From NCBI GenBank assembly GCA_041661625.1, contig JBAZUB010000004.1, forward strand, positions 1 to 37,930: a stretch of 37,930 nucleotides of DNA, in the 5' to 3' direction. The position numbers and the translations under genes were made by a program. The stretch is from Patescibacteria group bacterium. Lineage in GTDB: Bacteria; Patescibacteriota; Patescibacteriia; JAHIZJ01. The notes beneath the pieces are model-generated. The model saw only the letters and a list, made by a program, of their open reading frames with translations. It made no database searches and was not told the origin of the DNA. Of this stretch, positions 26,264-33,329 are shown piece by piece (the first letter of the stretch is position 1; every line of letters begins with the position of its first letter).

Positions 26264-26453
26264 GAAATTACTTGACTTATTTTTCGCCATCCCTACACCC
26301 CCGCCCTGGTTAAATACGCCTCTGCCCGCGCCCGCAACAATAGCGCCTCCACCTTGCACCGCATCCACCACCGCGCAACCGTGGGCCGGGCGTGATAATG
26401 GCGTGATACGCAGCCCCATAGCCAGTTAAGGAAGCGGAGATAGGGGTGGTATA

Positions 26454-26675
26454 TCATGGCCTATTCGCCTTCACACATGCCGCCCGCGTTGCGGCCCTGT
26501 CCCATTCCCGGTCACGCTCGCGCCAGCATCCACGGCAGAAATTATCCAACACCTTCTGCCCCCATTGCTCGCAATACCTGAAATCGGCAGGCTCACCCTT
26601 GAGACTTGGCGCTATGCCATGCCTGACGCTCGATTGCGCCAATGATGCACGCCGCGCTTGAAATGATTTAATCAC
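26454..26675 (-). CDS. Small Cys-containing hypothetical protein
   Basis: 73 aa (..YCEQWGQKVLDNFCRGCW..). The GTG start overlaps the upstream stop (GTGA). Codon usage looks coding. Confidence 0.4.
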   Translation of the reverse strand: MIKSFQARRASLAQSSVRHGIAPSLKGEPADFRYCEQWGQKVLDNFCRGCWRERDREWDRAATRAACVKANRP

Positions 26676-26851
26676 CGCCGCCTCCGTATTGATTTCTTTT
26701 CTGTTTCAACTAGCTCCATTGCAAATGTTTCGCAAGTAGCACAAGGCTCCATCATCCAACACGAGCAAGCCTTTTCATAAGGGCATTGATACAAATTTGG
26801 ATTAATATCATTTTTGATATAATTTAATTTAGGTTTCACCTCCGCCTCCAT
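26672..26851 (-). CDS. Small Cys-rich hypothetical protein
   Basis: 59 aa from the internal ATG 26851: MEAEVKPKLNYIKNDINPNLYQCPYEKACSCWMMEPCATCETF.. Confidence 0.45.
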   Translation of the reverse strand: MEAEVKPKLNYIKNDINPNLYQCPYEKACSCWMMEPCATCETFAMELVETEKKSIRRRR

Positions 26852-27000
26852 GCTACTTGATGTATGAATATCCCGGCCAGTAATATACACATTACCCGCG
26901 CCGTATCGCCCACGCTCCAATAGTCCGCCGCGATGGATATGACGGCGCCCATAAGGGCAAGCTCTAGGGCGGTTACGATGATGCGGATGGCGGTTGTCAT
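26836..27000 (-). CDS. Small hydrophobic (membrane) protein, below the ORF-track size cut-off
   Basis: 54 aa, MTTAIRIIVTALELALMGAVISIAADYWSVGDTARVMCILLAGIFIHQVAWRRR. Its ATG overlaps the upstream stop (ATGA at 26997-27000). Confidence 0.4.
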   Translation of the reverse strand: MTTAIRIIVTALELALMGAVISIAADYWSVGDTARVMCILLAGIFIHQVAWRRR

Positions 27001-27323
27001 GCCCATACCGCCTCCACGCCGCCGCGCCGTGATTGCAGCGGGCTTATTTGATACCCGGACTTTTTAAGCCCTGCGTTTTTCATCGCCACGCCAAACCAGT
27101 TTTTACTTACCGGCGCTCCAACAGCCTTAGCCTCCGCGCTTGACCGCACCGCCGACATTGCTATCGGCCTTGGCAGGGACCGGATAAGGTCAATCATCGC
27201 CGCCATCCAGCGCCCCTTGTAATCCGCGAAACAATCGAGTTGCGCAGGGTCACGGTTAGGCTTGCGGTTACGGGCTATGATAATCTTTCCATCAGGTGGG
27301 ACATGGATGGATAGGGCGGTCAT
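26997..27323 (-). CDS. Hypothetical protein
   Basis: 108 aa from ATG 27323, with GGAGG 5 nt upstream and an ATGA overlap with the upstream stop. Confidence 0.5.
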   Translation of the reverse strand: MTALSIHVPPDGKIIIARNRKPNRDPAQLDCFADYKGRWMAAMIDLIRSLPRPIAMSAVRSSAEAKAVGAPVSKNWFGVAMKNAGLKKSGYQISPLQSRRGGVEAVWA

Positions 27324-27505
27324 TTCACCCTCCATCTCTTCATGTTCTTGTATTTACCAAGCCGATTACAGCATGGACAATTCATGTTTTCATCTAGAGC
27401 GCAAAATGATTTTTCGTCAACCGGCCTAGCTCCGCACTCGGCATTACCTAGACAGCCGCAACTTTCACATGGAGGGTCATCAAGAATGGAGTATTGCGGT
27501 ATCAT
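27320..27505 (-). CDS. Small Cys-rich hypothetical protein
   Basis: 61 aa from ATG 27505 (GGAGG 5 nt upstream, ATGA overlap): ..PPCESCGCLGNAECG..FCALDENMNCPCCN.. Confidence 0.5.
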   Translation of the reverse strand: MIPQYSILDDPPCESCGCLGNAECGARPVDEKSFCALDENMNCPCCNRLGKYKNMKRWRVK

Positions 27506-27795
27506 TTCACCCTCCACGGCCACGCCATCGGGGTCCATAACCCGCAACGAGCAGCCGTATATTGCATGCTACACTCTTTGCCACAGGTAAAGCAGTCCCG
27601 CGACTGAACCCCACCACGCTCCGCAATCAATCGCGCAATGGCAAGGAGTGAGCCATGATGAAACTTTGAATAGGCTGACGGGTTAATCCGTGCCTTGGCC
27701 GGTATCGACTTATAGCCAAACGCCATCACAATCACCGCCTCAATCGGCATGGCGGCGAGGGCTTCGTGGCTGGTCATGGTGCGGGCGTGGTTCAT
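27502..27795 (-). CDS. Hypothetical protein
   Basis: 97 aa from ATG 27795 (AAGGA 5 nt upstream). A C-terminal CFTCGKEC is present. Confidence 0.45.
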   Translation of the reverse strand: MNHARTMTSHEALAAMPIEAVIVMAFGYKSIPAKARINPSAYSKFHHGSLLAIARLIAERGGVQSRDCFTCGKECSMQYTAARCGLWTPMAWPWRVK

Positions 27796-27821
27796 TGGGT
27801 TCCTTTGGTTACAATGGCCCG

Positions 27822-28115
27822 TTACATGGCCGCCCGTTGCAAAAACTTCCATAGCACAACCTCGTAAATTGTAGCCGGGCGACACCCTCCGCTTTTTTCT
27901 TGGAGAACCCATATTCTCGCCCGGCGTTCTAGCGTAAATGTGAATTTTGTAATGGCATCACTTGCGCTTGTTGTACGGGCGGTCTTCCGCCGAACAGTCC
28001 GGGCGCTCTTTGCCTTTCTCCAGCTCAATCCCTGGCCACACTGAGGACAATCTTTATTGTTAACTCCACGGTGGGGCGGTTCACTCATGTCTTGTTTGCA
28101 TGTTGGACATTTCAT
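27822..28115 (-). CDS. Zinc-ribbon protein
   Basis: 97 aa from ATG 28115 (AAGGAG upstream): MKCPTCKQDMSEPPHRGVNNKDCPQCGQ.. The two CPxC knuckles suggest a zinc ribbon. Confidence 0.5.
   Translation of the reverse strand: MKCPTCKQDMSEPPHRGVNNKDCPQCGQGLSWRKAKSARTVRRKTARTTSASDAITKFTFTLERRARIWVLQEKSGGCRPATIYEVVLWKFLQRAAM
27970..27977. repeat. IR1 left arm (pairs with 28151..28158); weakest pair
   Basis: GTTGTACG against CGTACAAC. Only 8 bp pair, but both arms sit in the same AACAAGC / CCGTT contexts as the other pairs. Confidence 0.3.
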
Positions 28116-28150
28116 TTTAACTCCTTGTCTTTTGTCTTGGGGCAGGCTTG

Positions 28151-28158
28151 CGTACAAC
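28151..28158. repeat. IR1 right arm (pairs with 27970..27977)
   Basis: CGTACAAC lies directly after the stop codon of the 28161..28454 gene. Confidence 0.3.
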
Positions 28159-28160
28159 GG

Positions 28161-28454
28161 TCAGCCCAAGGCCGAAGCCGTGCGAAACTTGCCACACATA
28201 GTATTGTCGTCAACCTTACATGCCCGGTCACACCTCAAACAAGTTTCGCACGGTTTGGGGCCGTCCTCGGCCCGGCCTTGGGCATGTTGTGTGATCGTTG
28301 CCGGGCTTGCGGCGGTCTTAAATACAGGGCAATTTGAAATACAACACGGATAATCAAAGTCTCTTGCCCCACCTTCACCACATTGATCACTTTCGGATGA
28401 ATCGCTAAAATTGTTAATGCAGTATGCTTTAAATACTTCAAATGATACTTCCAT
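28161..28454 (-). CDS. Cys-rich hypothetical protein
   Basis: 97 aa: ..YPCCISNCPVF..PCETCLRCDRACKVDDNTMCGKF. It is preceded by the conserved leader module. Confidence 0.45.
   Translation of the reverse strand: MEVSFEVFKAYCINNFSDSSESDQCGEGGARDFDYPCCISNCPVFKTAASPATITQHAQGRAEDGPKPCETCLRCDRACKVDDNTMCGKFRTASALG
28286..28306. repeat. IR2 left arm (pairs with 28479..28498)
   Basis: GTTGTGTGA-TCG-TTGCCGGGC against the reverse complement of the right arm, GTTGTGTGA-CA-TTGCCGGGC. Confidence 0.6.
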
Positions 28455-28478
28455 CTTTGCCTTTCCGCCGCGCTATTT

Positions 28479-28498
28479 GCCCGGCAATGTCACACAAC
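28479..28498. repeat. IR2 right arm (pairs with 28286..28306)
   Basis: GCCCGGCAATGTCACACAAC, in the leader of the 28161..28454 gene. Confidence 0.6.
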
Positions 28499-28575
28499 GG
28501 TTGCACAAGGCCGAAGCGCGGTACTCCGCGTTTGGGAGAGGGGCCGAACCCCGGCCCCGAACCGGCCTTGTGCTT

Positions 28576-28600
28576 GTTGGCTGAAGTAAATTTGTGGCGC
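28576..28600. repeat. IR3 left arm (pairs with 29203..29227)
   Basis: GTTGGCTGAAGTAAATTTGTGGCGC matches the reverse complement of the right arm, GTTGGCTGAAATAAATTTGTGGCGC, at 24 of 25 positions. Confidence 0.75.
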
Positions 28601-28725
28601 TCTTTTCTTCAATGAATTTCCGTATCCTAGCTCGCATTGAAAGCGTCCACCCTTTTTCCATCAATTCTTTTAAAAGGCACCGACAAGAGGCCCCGATTAT
28701 GGGACATGTGTCCTCGCCTCGGGAA

Positions 28726-28890
28726 TTAGGCATTGTCGGCACCCCTGAATTTCTTTGCCAAAGCAATCAAAATCTGATTATAGAGTAGAGCATCTTTTTT
28801 CTTGTCAGTCATTCCAAGGGCCATGCCAAGCTGAACGGAATTAAGACCGTCAAGTTCTCTCTGAGCTTTTCTTAGTGTTTCTGTTTTCAT
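28726..28890 (-). CDS. Small regulator candidate (Cro/Xre-like?), below the ORF-track size cut-off
   Basis: 54 aa, MKTETLRKAQRELDGLNSVQLGMALGMTDKKKDALLYNQILIALAKKFRGADNA. There is a strong GGAGGA RBS 5 nt upstream and a consensus promoter just upstream. Confidence 0.5.
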   Translation of the reverse strand: MKTETLRKAQRELDGLNSVQLGMALGMTDKKKDALLYNQILIALAKKFRGADNA

Positions 28891-28908
28891 TGTTTCCTCC
28901 TTACCCTT

Positions 28909-28937
28909 AATATAATCAATTGTCAGACGATTGTCAA
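28909..28937 (-). promoter_or_regulatory. Sigma70-like promoter (leftward arm of the divergent switch)
   Basis: On the minus strand: TTGACA (28937-28932), 17 nt, then TATATT (28914-28909), followed by AAGGGTAAGGAGGAAACA ATG. Confidence 0.6.
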
Positions 28938-28964
28938 TACTTTTCTTTGATTTTCTTTATTTTG

Positions 28965-28993
28965 TTGACTTTCGTCCGACTATTCCTTATATT
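28965..28993 (+). promoter_or_regulatory. Sigma70-like promoter (rightward arm of the divergent switch) giving a leaderless mRNA
   Basis: TTGACT (28965-28970), 17 nt, then TATATT (28988-28993). ATG 29000 lies 6 nt after the -10 element. Confidence 0.6.
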
Positions 28994-28999
28994 TAGGGT

Positions 29000-29176
29000 A
29001 TGACAAACAAGAAACCCCACCTGATAACTGACAAAGAGCGGGGCCACCGGCCAGCCCTGAACCCTGGAGAGCCAACCGAGCGCCGTACAATCCGACTTCC
29101 GCAATCCCTTGCCCGAATTTGGGACGCGCTTGGCCCGGATAAAATACGCGATTTTCTGAAAAGCCTTGCATCTTAG
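29000..29176 (+). CDS. Ribbon-helix-helix (CopG/Arc-like) regulator candidate, below the ORF-track size cut-off
   Basis: 58 aa, MTNKKPHLITDKERGHRPALNPGEPTERRTIRLPQSLARIWDALGPDKIRDFLKSLAS. The RRTIRLP strand followed by two helices is RHH-like. The ORF has its own promoter, and the antisense track ORFs here look like translation artefacts. Confidence 0.5.
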   Translation: MTNKKPHLITDKERGHRPALNPGEPTERRTIRLPQSLARIWDALGPDKIRDFLKSLAS

Positions 29177-29202
29177 AGCCCTTGGGCGCGTTTCTTTGTC
29201 TT

Positions 29203-29227
29203 GCGCCACAAATTTATTTCAGCCAAC
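29203..29227. repeat. IR3 right arm (pairs with 28576..28600)
   Basis: GCGCCACAAATTTATTTCAGCCAAC. The pair flanks the Cro-like/RHH switch. Confidence 0.75.
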
Positions 29228-29244
29228 TTGTTGTAACACGAACC

Positions 29245-29448
29245 TTATTGCGTGATATGCTCCACATGCGCCCCTATTGCGAACCTTTGACACGGCCACG
29301 CAATGCAATCGCACTCCCGGTACACATCGGCCCAATCGCAGAATGTCCCGCGTATAACGCGCTGCTTGCACATGCCGTAACCACGGGTCGCGTCAAAGCG
29401 TGGATTGATGCGATGCGGGCAGGTCATGGCTTGCATTGGTTCGCTCAC
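29245..29448 (-). CDS. Small Cys-rich hypothetical protein
   Basis: 67 aa (..TCPHRINPRF..MCKQRVIRGTFCDWADVYRECDCIAWPCQ..). The GTG start has GGGGG 5 nt upstream. Confidence 0.4.
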   Translation of the reverse strand: MSEPMQAMTCPHRINPRFDATRGYGMCKQRVIRGTFCDWADVYRECDCIAWPCQRFAIGAHVEHITQ

Positions 29449-29465
29449 GGCAACCCCCTACAATC

Positions 29466-29744
29466 TCATTTCGTGCCAGTCGATGGCTTTGCCAAAGGCT
29501 TCAGCCTTTCGGACTCTGCGGCCATAGTCTGTAACTCGCGCTCCATTCGCGCCCGGCTTCGTTCCACAGCATCGCCCGCCTTGGCCGGAACCCTGGCCGG
29601 GTCGTCCTCCGATATCCAACAGGTCATCCGCTGTTGTATCTCTTTTGAGTCCAAGCGTTCTAATTTCTTCGTATTCGGCACACAAACCCCCAATGTAAAT
29701 TGATACCAGTAGACAGATAATAAGACAGACACATACTGCGGCAT
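29466..29744 (-). CDS. Hypothetical protein with a hydrophobic N-terminus and a charged helical C-terminus
   Basis: 92 aa from ATG 29744: ..KKLERLDSKEIQQRM..AVERSRARMERELQTMAAESERLKPLAK. The overlapping alternative frame 29458..29760 cannot be excluded. Confidence 0.35.
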   Translation of the reverse strand: MPQYVSVLLSVYWYQFTLGVCVPNTKKLERLDSKEIQQRMTCWISEDDPARVPAKAGDAVERSRARMERELQTMAAESERLKPLAKPSTGTK

Positions 29745-29874
29745 ATTCAATCCCCGTCATGGCGCAAGTCTCCGGTGAATGAAATCCCCCGGCCTACACC
29801 GTGCGGCGCGATGGTCAGGCCGGGTAGATTGAGCCTTGAAGGACCAACCAACAAAAGGTGCCGCAATGAAATCA

Positions 29875-30294
29875 TTACTTGCTACCCTTGATAAACTTCT
29901 TATCCAGTTCCTTAACCACCACCTTTTCGCCCGGCTCAATGAAATGCGCGATAGCTGTCTTAGGGTTAGCCAGCACCGCCGTTTTCTTCCATGCCGGGTT
30001 AAGCGGCAGTACCGCAAGCTGTTCAGGCGTGAACTCAAGCGCGGCCTTAATCGCCTCGCTGTCAAACCTGTCCTTGTCATCCTTGGCGATATACATCTTA
30101 GCCGTATCACTCAGGGATATTTCGCGGATGTTATTCTCACGAAAATACTTGATGATGGCCGCATCGTGCGCGTCCCTGGCCTCGCGTATCTTCTTTGCCG
30201 CAACCTCAAGCTGTGCGCGGAACACAAGGATATCAGCCTCAGACTCAACCGATATCTCAGGGACAGGCGTAAGGTCAATCTTGACGATATTCAT
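29875..30294 (-). CDS. Hypothetical early protein
   Basis: 139-aa ORF directly downstream of the 30297..30791 gene. No family was recognised. Confidence 0.5.
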   Translation of the reverse strand: MNIVKIDLTPVPEISVESEADILVFRAQLEVAAKKIREARDAHDAAIIKYFRENNIREISLSDTAKMYIAKDDKDRFDSEAIKAALEFTPEQLAVLPLNPAWKKTAVLANPKTAIAHFIEPGEKVVVKELDKKFIKGSK

Positions 30295-30296
30295 GT

Positions 30297-30791
30297 TTAG
30301 AATGGGGTAGTAGTGAAGGGGTCTTTGCCTTCATATAGCGCGTCGAGATTGATTGTCAACGGAACATACGCTGCCATGATTTCCTCAGCAACCGGACGCG
30401 GAGGCATTGGGTTGATTGCGTATTCTGTATTCATGCCGCTGCCGGTGCGGGTGACCTTGATATCATAATTGAAAGGCGCGCCCCATTCCTTATCTTCAGC
30501 GAGGCGCTGGATAGCCTGCTGGATTGTCTGCTGTGTGATTTCAATAATCTGAACCTTGGACGCTCCGTAATTCCAGACAACAAATGCCCAGAAATGTTTG
30601 ATGGCCTTGGCCGGGTCAATCGAATGTTCGGGCTTAGCGTTCATGTGAAAGCGGACGGGCTTTTTGTTATCCCAATCCAGCCATCCGATGATAGGCTTGG
30701 AGAGGATACGAAACTTGTTTTCCCCATCCTGCAAGCGCATGTACTTGCTATCGGTAGGGACTTTGTACTCATCAGGCAGGAAATCATTCAT
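30297..30791 (-). CDS. Conserved phage early protein, possibly ssDNA-binding
   Basis: 164 aa with RBS GGAGA. The pattern FRILSKPIIGWLDW..KPVRF..KHFWAFVVWNY..VQIIEITQQTIQQAI..WGAPFNYDIKVTRTG and the C-terminal ..DPFTTTPF recall phage SSB-like proteins. This rests on weak recollection only. Confidence 0.3.
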   Translation of the reverse strand: MNDFLPDEYKVPTDSKYMRLQDGENKFRILSKPIIGWLDWDNKKPVRFHMNAKPEHSIDPAKAIKHFWAFVVWNYGASKVQIIEITQQTIQQAIQRLAEDKEWGAPFNYDIKVTRTGSGMNTEYAINPMPPRPVAEEIMAAYVPLTINLDALYEGKDPFTTTPF

Positions 30792-30809
30792 TGTTCAGTC
30801 TCCTTTGAT

Positions 30810-31100
30810 TTAGTTAGGTATCCCATCGCCGCTATTATTGGCGATATGTTCGATTTGCTCAGGCTCTGCAGGTGTAGGGGCCGGGGCGGGCGCTGATAAC
30901 TCCTGCGCCTTTTCCTTGGCCAGCCCATCCATCAACCGGCACACCTCCATAATGGCGTCAATGGCAACCTGGCATGTCTCCGCAGCTTTCGGCCTACCGG
31001 TGCGGATGAAATGCGAGGCCAGTTCATCATAACGCATTACTGGGGCCGTGGCCTCATTGCGCACGATGTGGGCCAGGATGCCGTAATCTATGTCAGCCAT
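30810..31100 (-). CDS. Hypothetical protein
   Basis: 96-aa ORF with RBS GAGGGGG and an 8-nt overlap with the upstream gene. Confidence 0.5.
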   Translation of the reverse strand: MADIDYGILAHIVRNEATAPVMRYDELASHFIRTGRPKAAETCQVAIDAIMEVCRLMDGLAKEKAQELSAPAPAPTPAEPEQIEHIANNSGDGIPN

Positions 31101-31326
31101 TGGCTACCCCCTCGCTAGGTATGGTTTTGGCGTTATCCTCAATCCTTGACCCCTTGTAGCGCGTCCCACGGGCAGGGCCGGGGCGCTTCCGGTCAGGATA
31201 TGGCGTGTTAGGGTCAATCATTGTGACCGTCCCGAAAACATACGGGATGCGGCCCGCCTTGATAAGCTGCCGGACGCGGACCTCGGACACCCCGTTAGCC
31301 GCCGCATATTCCTTGATGGTTACCAT
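31093..31326 (-). CDS. Helix-turn-helix DNA-binding protein (Xis/AlpA/MerR-like HTH)
   Basis: 77 aa. MVTIKEYAAANGVSEVRVRQLIKAGRIPY is a typical short HTH. The gene has its own promoter. Confidence 0.5.
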   Translation of the reverse strand: MVTIKEYAAANGVSEVRVRQLIKAGRIPYVFGTVTMIDPNTPYPDRKRPGPARGTRYKGSRIEDNAKTIPSEGVANG

Positions 31327-31349
31327 AGTTTCCTTTCATTTCCTTTTAT

Positions 31350-31377
31350 AAGATAACTTATTATTTGGGAAAGTCAA
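31350..31377 (-). promoter_or_regulatory. Sigma70-like promoter upstream of the HTH gene
   Basis: On the minus strand: TTGACT (31377-31372), 16 nt, then TATCTT (31355-31350). Confidence 0.45.
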
Positions 31378-31386
31378 TACCTTTTC

Positions 31387-31752
31387 TCAATTTATTTTCG
31401 GTTCATCCGCTGCCGTGAAAACCTGTTTGCGGGTATTGGCCTTGATGTTCAGGTCATCAAACCACGGTTGCCCACGCCGTATTACCATCCAGTCCAAAAA
31501 CATGTGTGGATATTTGTGAGCATAAAACATGTGGTCCCCGTTACACAAACACACTCCGTTTGGCGGATATGTTCTAACCGATTTCAGGGACCGGCTGAAA
31601 ATGTGGTGTGCCGCCAATCCCCCTGGCCCCTTGCCGCAACGCTCACACCGCAACCCCGCCCGCAACTTGACCTCAGATGACCAAGCCTTATCCGCGACCG
31701 CCTGCCGGTATTTGCGCAGCGCCCGCCTATCCGCCGCATCCGTGCGCCTCAT
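31387..31752 (-). CDS. NinG/HNH-like nuclease candidate
   Basis: 121 aa from ATG 31752 (ATGA overlap): ..AWSSEVKLRAGLRCERCGK..LAAHHIFSRS..NGVCLCNGDH.. Confidence 0.45.
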   Translation of the reverse strand: MRRTDAADRRALRKYRQAVADKAWSSEVKLRAGLRCERCGKGPGGLAAHHIFSRSLKSVRTYPPNGVCLCNGDHMFYAHKYPHMFLDWMVIRRGQPWFDDLNIKANTRKQVFTAADEPKIN

Positions 31753-31976
31753 CGCGCAACCCCCGCGTACGCGCCCACCGGGAACGCGCCCCCGTACAAG
31801 CTCGATGTCAGGCCATGCACAAACGAGGGGCACCGGAAGGACACCGGGGCTAAAGGGCAGTACGCCGACTCGTGGCAGTTCTCACATTGGCGATAGCTTG
31901 CGTCAAGGTGTATCTTGGTTGCGCCCGCGCCGGTTTGATATGTCTCAACAGATGATTGACCATGCCAGCCGCCCAT
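31749..31976 (-). CDS. Small Cys-rich hypothetical protein
   Basis: 75 aa from ATG 31976, which lies 1 nt after the upstream TAA. The sequence contains ..YRQCENCHESAYCP..FRCP.. and its stop overlaps the next ATG. Confidence 0.4.
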   Translation of the reverse strand: MGGWHGQSSVETYQTGAGATKIHLDASYRQCENCHESAYCPLAPVSFRCPSFVHGLTSSLYGGAFPVGAYAGVAR

Positions 31977-31977
31977 G

Positions 31978-32208
31978 TTACCGCCCCTCCCGTAGCGCCG
32001 TGAAATATTCATCCTTGGCTATGCGATACTCCGCGTCAAGCCGTGAGCAATTAACCCGCGCCTTTTCCAGCCCGTCCTTGAGCGTAAGCAACTCGCGCTT
32101 GCGTTCGTTGATGGCAATCTCGACAACAGCCTTGGCCTCTAGCGCGGCTTGCTTCTCATGTTCAAGGCGGTGCATCTGTTCTTGTAGGTCGATGGATGAC
32201 GATGACAT
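31978..32208 (-). CDS. Coiled-coil hypothetical protein
   Basis: 76 aa with RBS AAGGAG: ..LQEQMHRLEHEKQAALEAKAVVEIAINERKRELLTLKDGLEKA.. Confidence 0.5.
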   Translation of the reverse strand: MSSSSIDLQEQMHRLEHEKQAALEAKAVVEIAINERKRELLTLKDGLEKARVNCSRLDAEYRIAKDEYFTALREGR

Positions 32209-32227
32209 GGGGACTCCTTAATTATGG

Positions 32228-32986
32228 TTACGGGGTGTCCAGTAGGTTAAGTTGTTCTGGTGGCTGCGGCTTGTTATATGCTGTTTCGCGGCTGCCTTTT
32301 GATTTCGGCGCGCTTTCTTCTCCGAATAGATTTCCCTGGGTTTGTTCCGTTATTCTTCGGGTTGCTTTTATCTGCCATTCTTCCGAAAGTTCAAAGGCTA
32401 TAAAATCCTTACCGAGAGTCCTGCAGCATATTGGCACAGTTCCGGAACCGCAGAACGGATCAACTACTAATTCGCAGGGCTGGAGACCGAGAAGCCAGTT
32501 GATGAGGGCAGGCGGTTTTTCGGCGGGATGGCCCGTTGGTTTTATTGAAGACCACGGAAATCTTTGTATATCATAAACTCCACGGTCAACAACGGCGTAT
32601 TCCGGATTGCAAATCAAAGCCACCAATTCATAGGACGGTCGCAAACCACGCGGACCGCCAGGCCCTATCCACTGCTTATCCCAAACAAGAAGAGATTCAA
32701 TTTGTTGACCAATTTCTAAAGTGGCCTTCATCACGGTTGGAATGGTTCGCCAATTCAAGAACGTCCACATTGCACCCGTGGGCTTTAATATTCTAAAAAC
32801 CTCCCGATACCAAGCCGCAAACCAATAAGAGGCGTTGGAAATATCAGCCCACGGATTTAATTTGCCAGCACCGCTACTGGCGGTTGTAAAAAGATACGGC
32901 GGGTCTGCTATTACGAGGTCAACAGACATAGTTTTAATCCGTTGTAATCCGGTCAGGCAATCTTCAAGGTGTATTTTATTTAGCAT
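32228..32986 (-). CDS. DNA methyltransferase, beta-class N6A/N4C family (DPPY type, probably N6-adenine)
   Basis: 252 aa. DLVIADPPY is motif IV, HPAEKP is present, and DPFCGSGT (motif I) lies near the C-terminus. This is the beta-class motif order. Confidence 0.85.
   Translation of the reverse strand: MLNKIHLEDCLTGLQRIKTMSVDLVIADPPYLFTTASSGAGKLNPWADISNASYWFAAWYREVFRILKPTGAMWTFLNWRTIPTVMKATLEIGQQIESLLVWDKQWIGPGGPRGLRPSYELVALICNPEYAVVDRGVYDIQRFPWSSIKPTGHPAEKPPALINWLLGLQPCELVVDPFCGSGTVPICCRTLGKDFIAFELSEEWQIKATRRITEQTQGNLFGEESAPKSKGSRETAYNKPQPPEQLNLLDTP
32273..32292. repeat. IR4 left arm (pairs with 33308..33327)
   Basis: GTTATATGC-TG-TTTCGCGGC against the reverse complement of the right arm, GTTATATGC-AA-TTTCGCGGC (18 of 20 positions). 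Confidence 0.7.
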
Positions 32987-33269
32987 TTTTTACTTGCTGC
33001 CCTTTGATTTCGTTTTCAATCAGAATGTTTACTAAGTGAATAAATTCTTCCGCCTCTGCTTGGTTTCGACCAATTGGTAGCCCATCAAATCCGTTTCCTA
33101 TTAATTCTGGCTGGTCTTTGTGTGACCAATGTACCACCTCGAAATATTTTAAAAAACTTTTTACTCTTGATAACTGCGACCTGTGGAACCTATCGTGGCA
33201 GTTGCTGCATTCGTATAGTTCTAGATACTCATACAGCCCAGACTCTTGTTCGGTTTCTTCTGCGTCCAT
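32976..33269 (-). CDS. Hypothetical protein (CxxC..H)
   Basis: 97 aa (..YECSNCHDRFH..), preceded by the conserved leader module. Confidence 0.45.
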   Translation of the reverse strand: MDAEETEQESGLYEYLELYECSNCHDRFHRSQLSRVKSFLKYFEVVHWSHKDQPELIGNGFDGLPIGRNQAEAEEFIHLVNILIENEIKGQQVKNAK

Positions 33270-33307
33270 TCTTTTCCTCTTTGCCTTTAGCGCGCCGTCT
33301 TTGTCTT

Positions 33308-33327
33308 GCCGCGAAATTGCATATAAC
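33308..33327. repeat. IR4 right arm (pairs with 32273..32292)
   Basis: GCCGCGAAATTGCATATAAC, in the leader of the 32976..33269 gene. Confidence 0.7.
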
Positions 33328-33329
33328 GG

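Noticed and set aside
26234-26419. 61-aa minus-strand ORF between the early block and the glycan operon
   Set aside because: It is Gly-rich and low-complexity, and it extends through the operon promoter and palindrome. No RBS was seen.
28505-28575. GGTTCG-containing GC hairpins that resemble a tRNA T-arm
   Set aside because: No acceptor stem, D-arm or anticodon arm could be assembled around them. They look like serial small hairpins (TTCG-type loops), not a tRNA.
28473-28766. 97-aa minus-strand ORF spanning the region downstream of the Cro-like gene
   Set aside because: It runs through the IR3 arm, the hairpin cluster and the leader box of the next gene. It overlaps the 3' end of the better-supported 54-aa ORF. 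It is more likely non-coding.
28934-29209. Minus-strand track ORFs 28934..29209 and 28980..29171, which overlap the RHH candidate
   Set aside because: Their translations are Gly-rich or low-complexity, and the longer one reads through the leader hairpin. The plus-strand 58-aa ORF has a consensus promoter and an RHH-like sequence. The choice is not certain.
29458-29760. Alternative frame (100 aa) with a convincing N-terminal transmembrane helix, overlapping the 29466..29744 call
   Set aside because: Its C-terminal two-thirds are Gly/Arg-rich and look out of frame, while the other frame gives a protein-like charged helix. A +1 frame link between the two cannot be excluded, so confidence in this locus is low.
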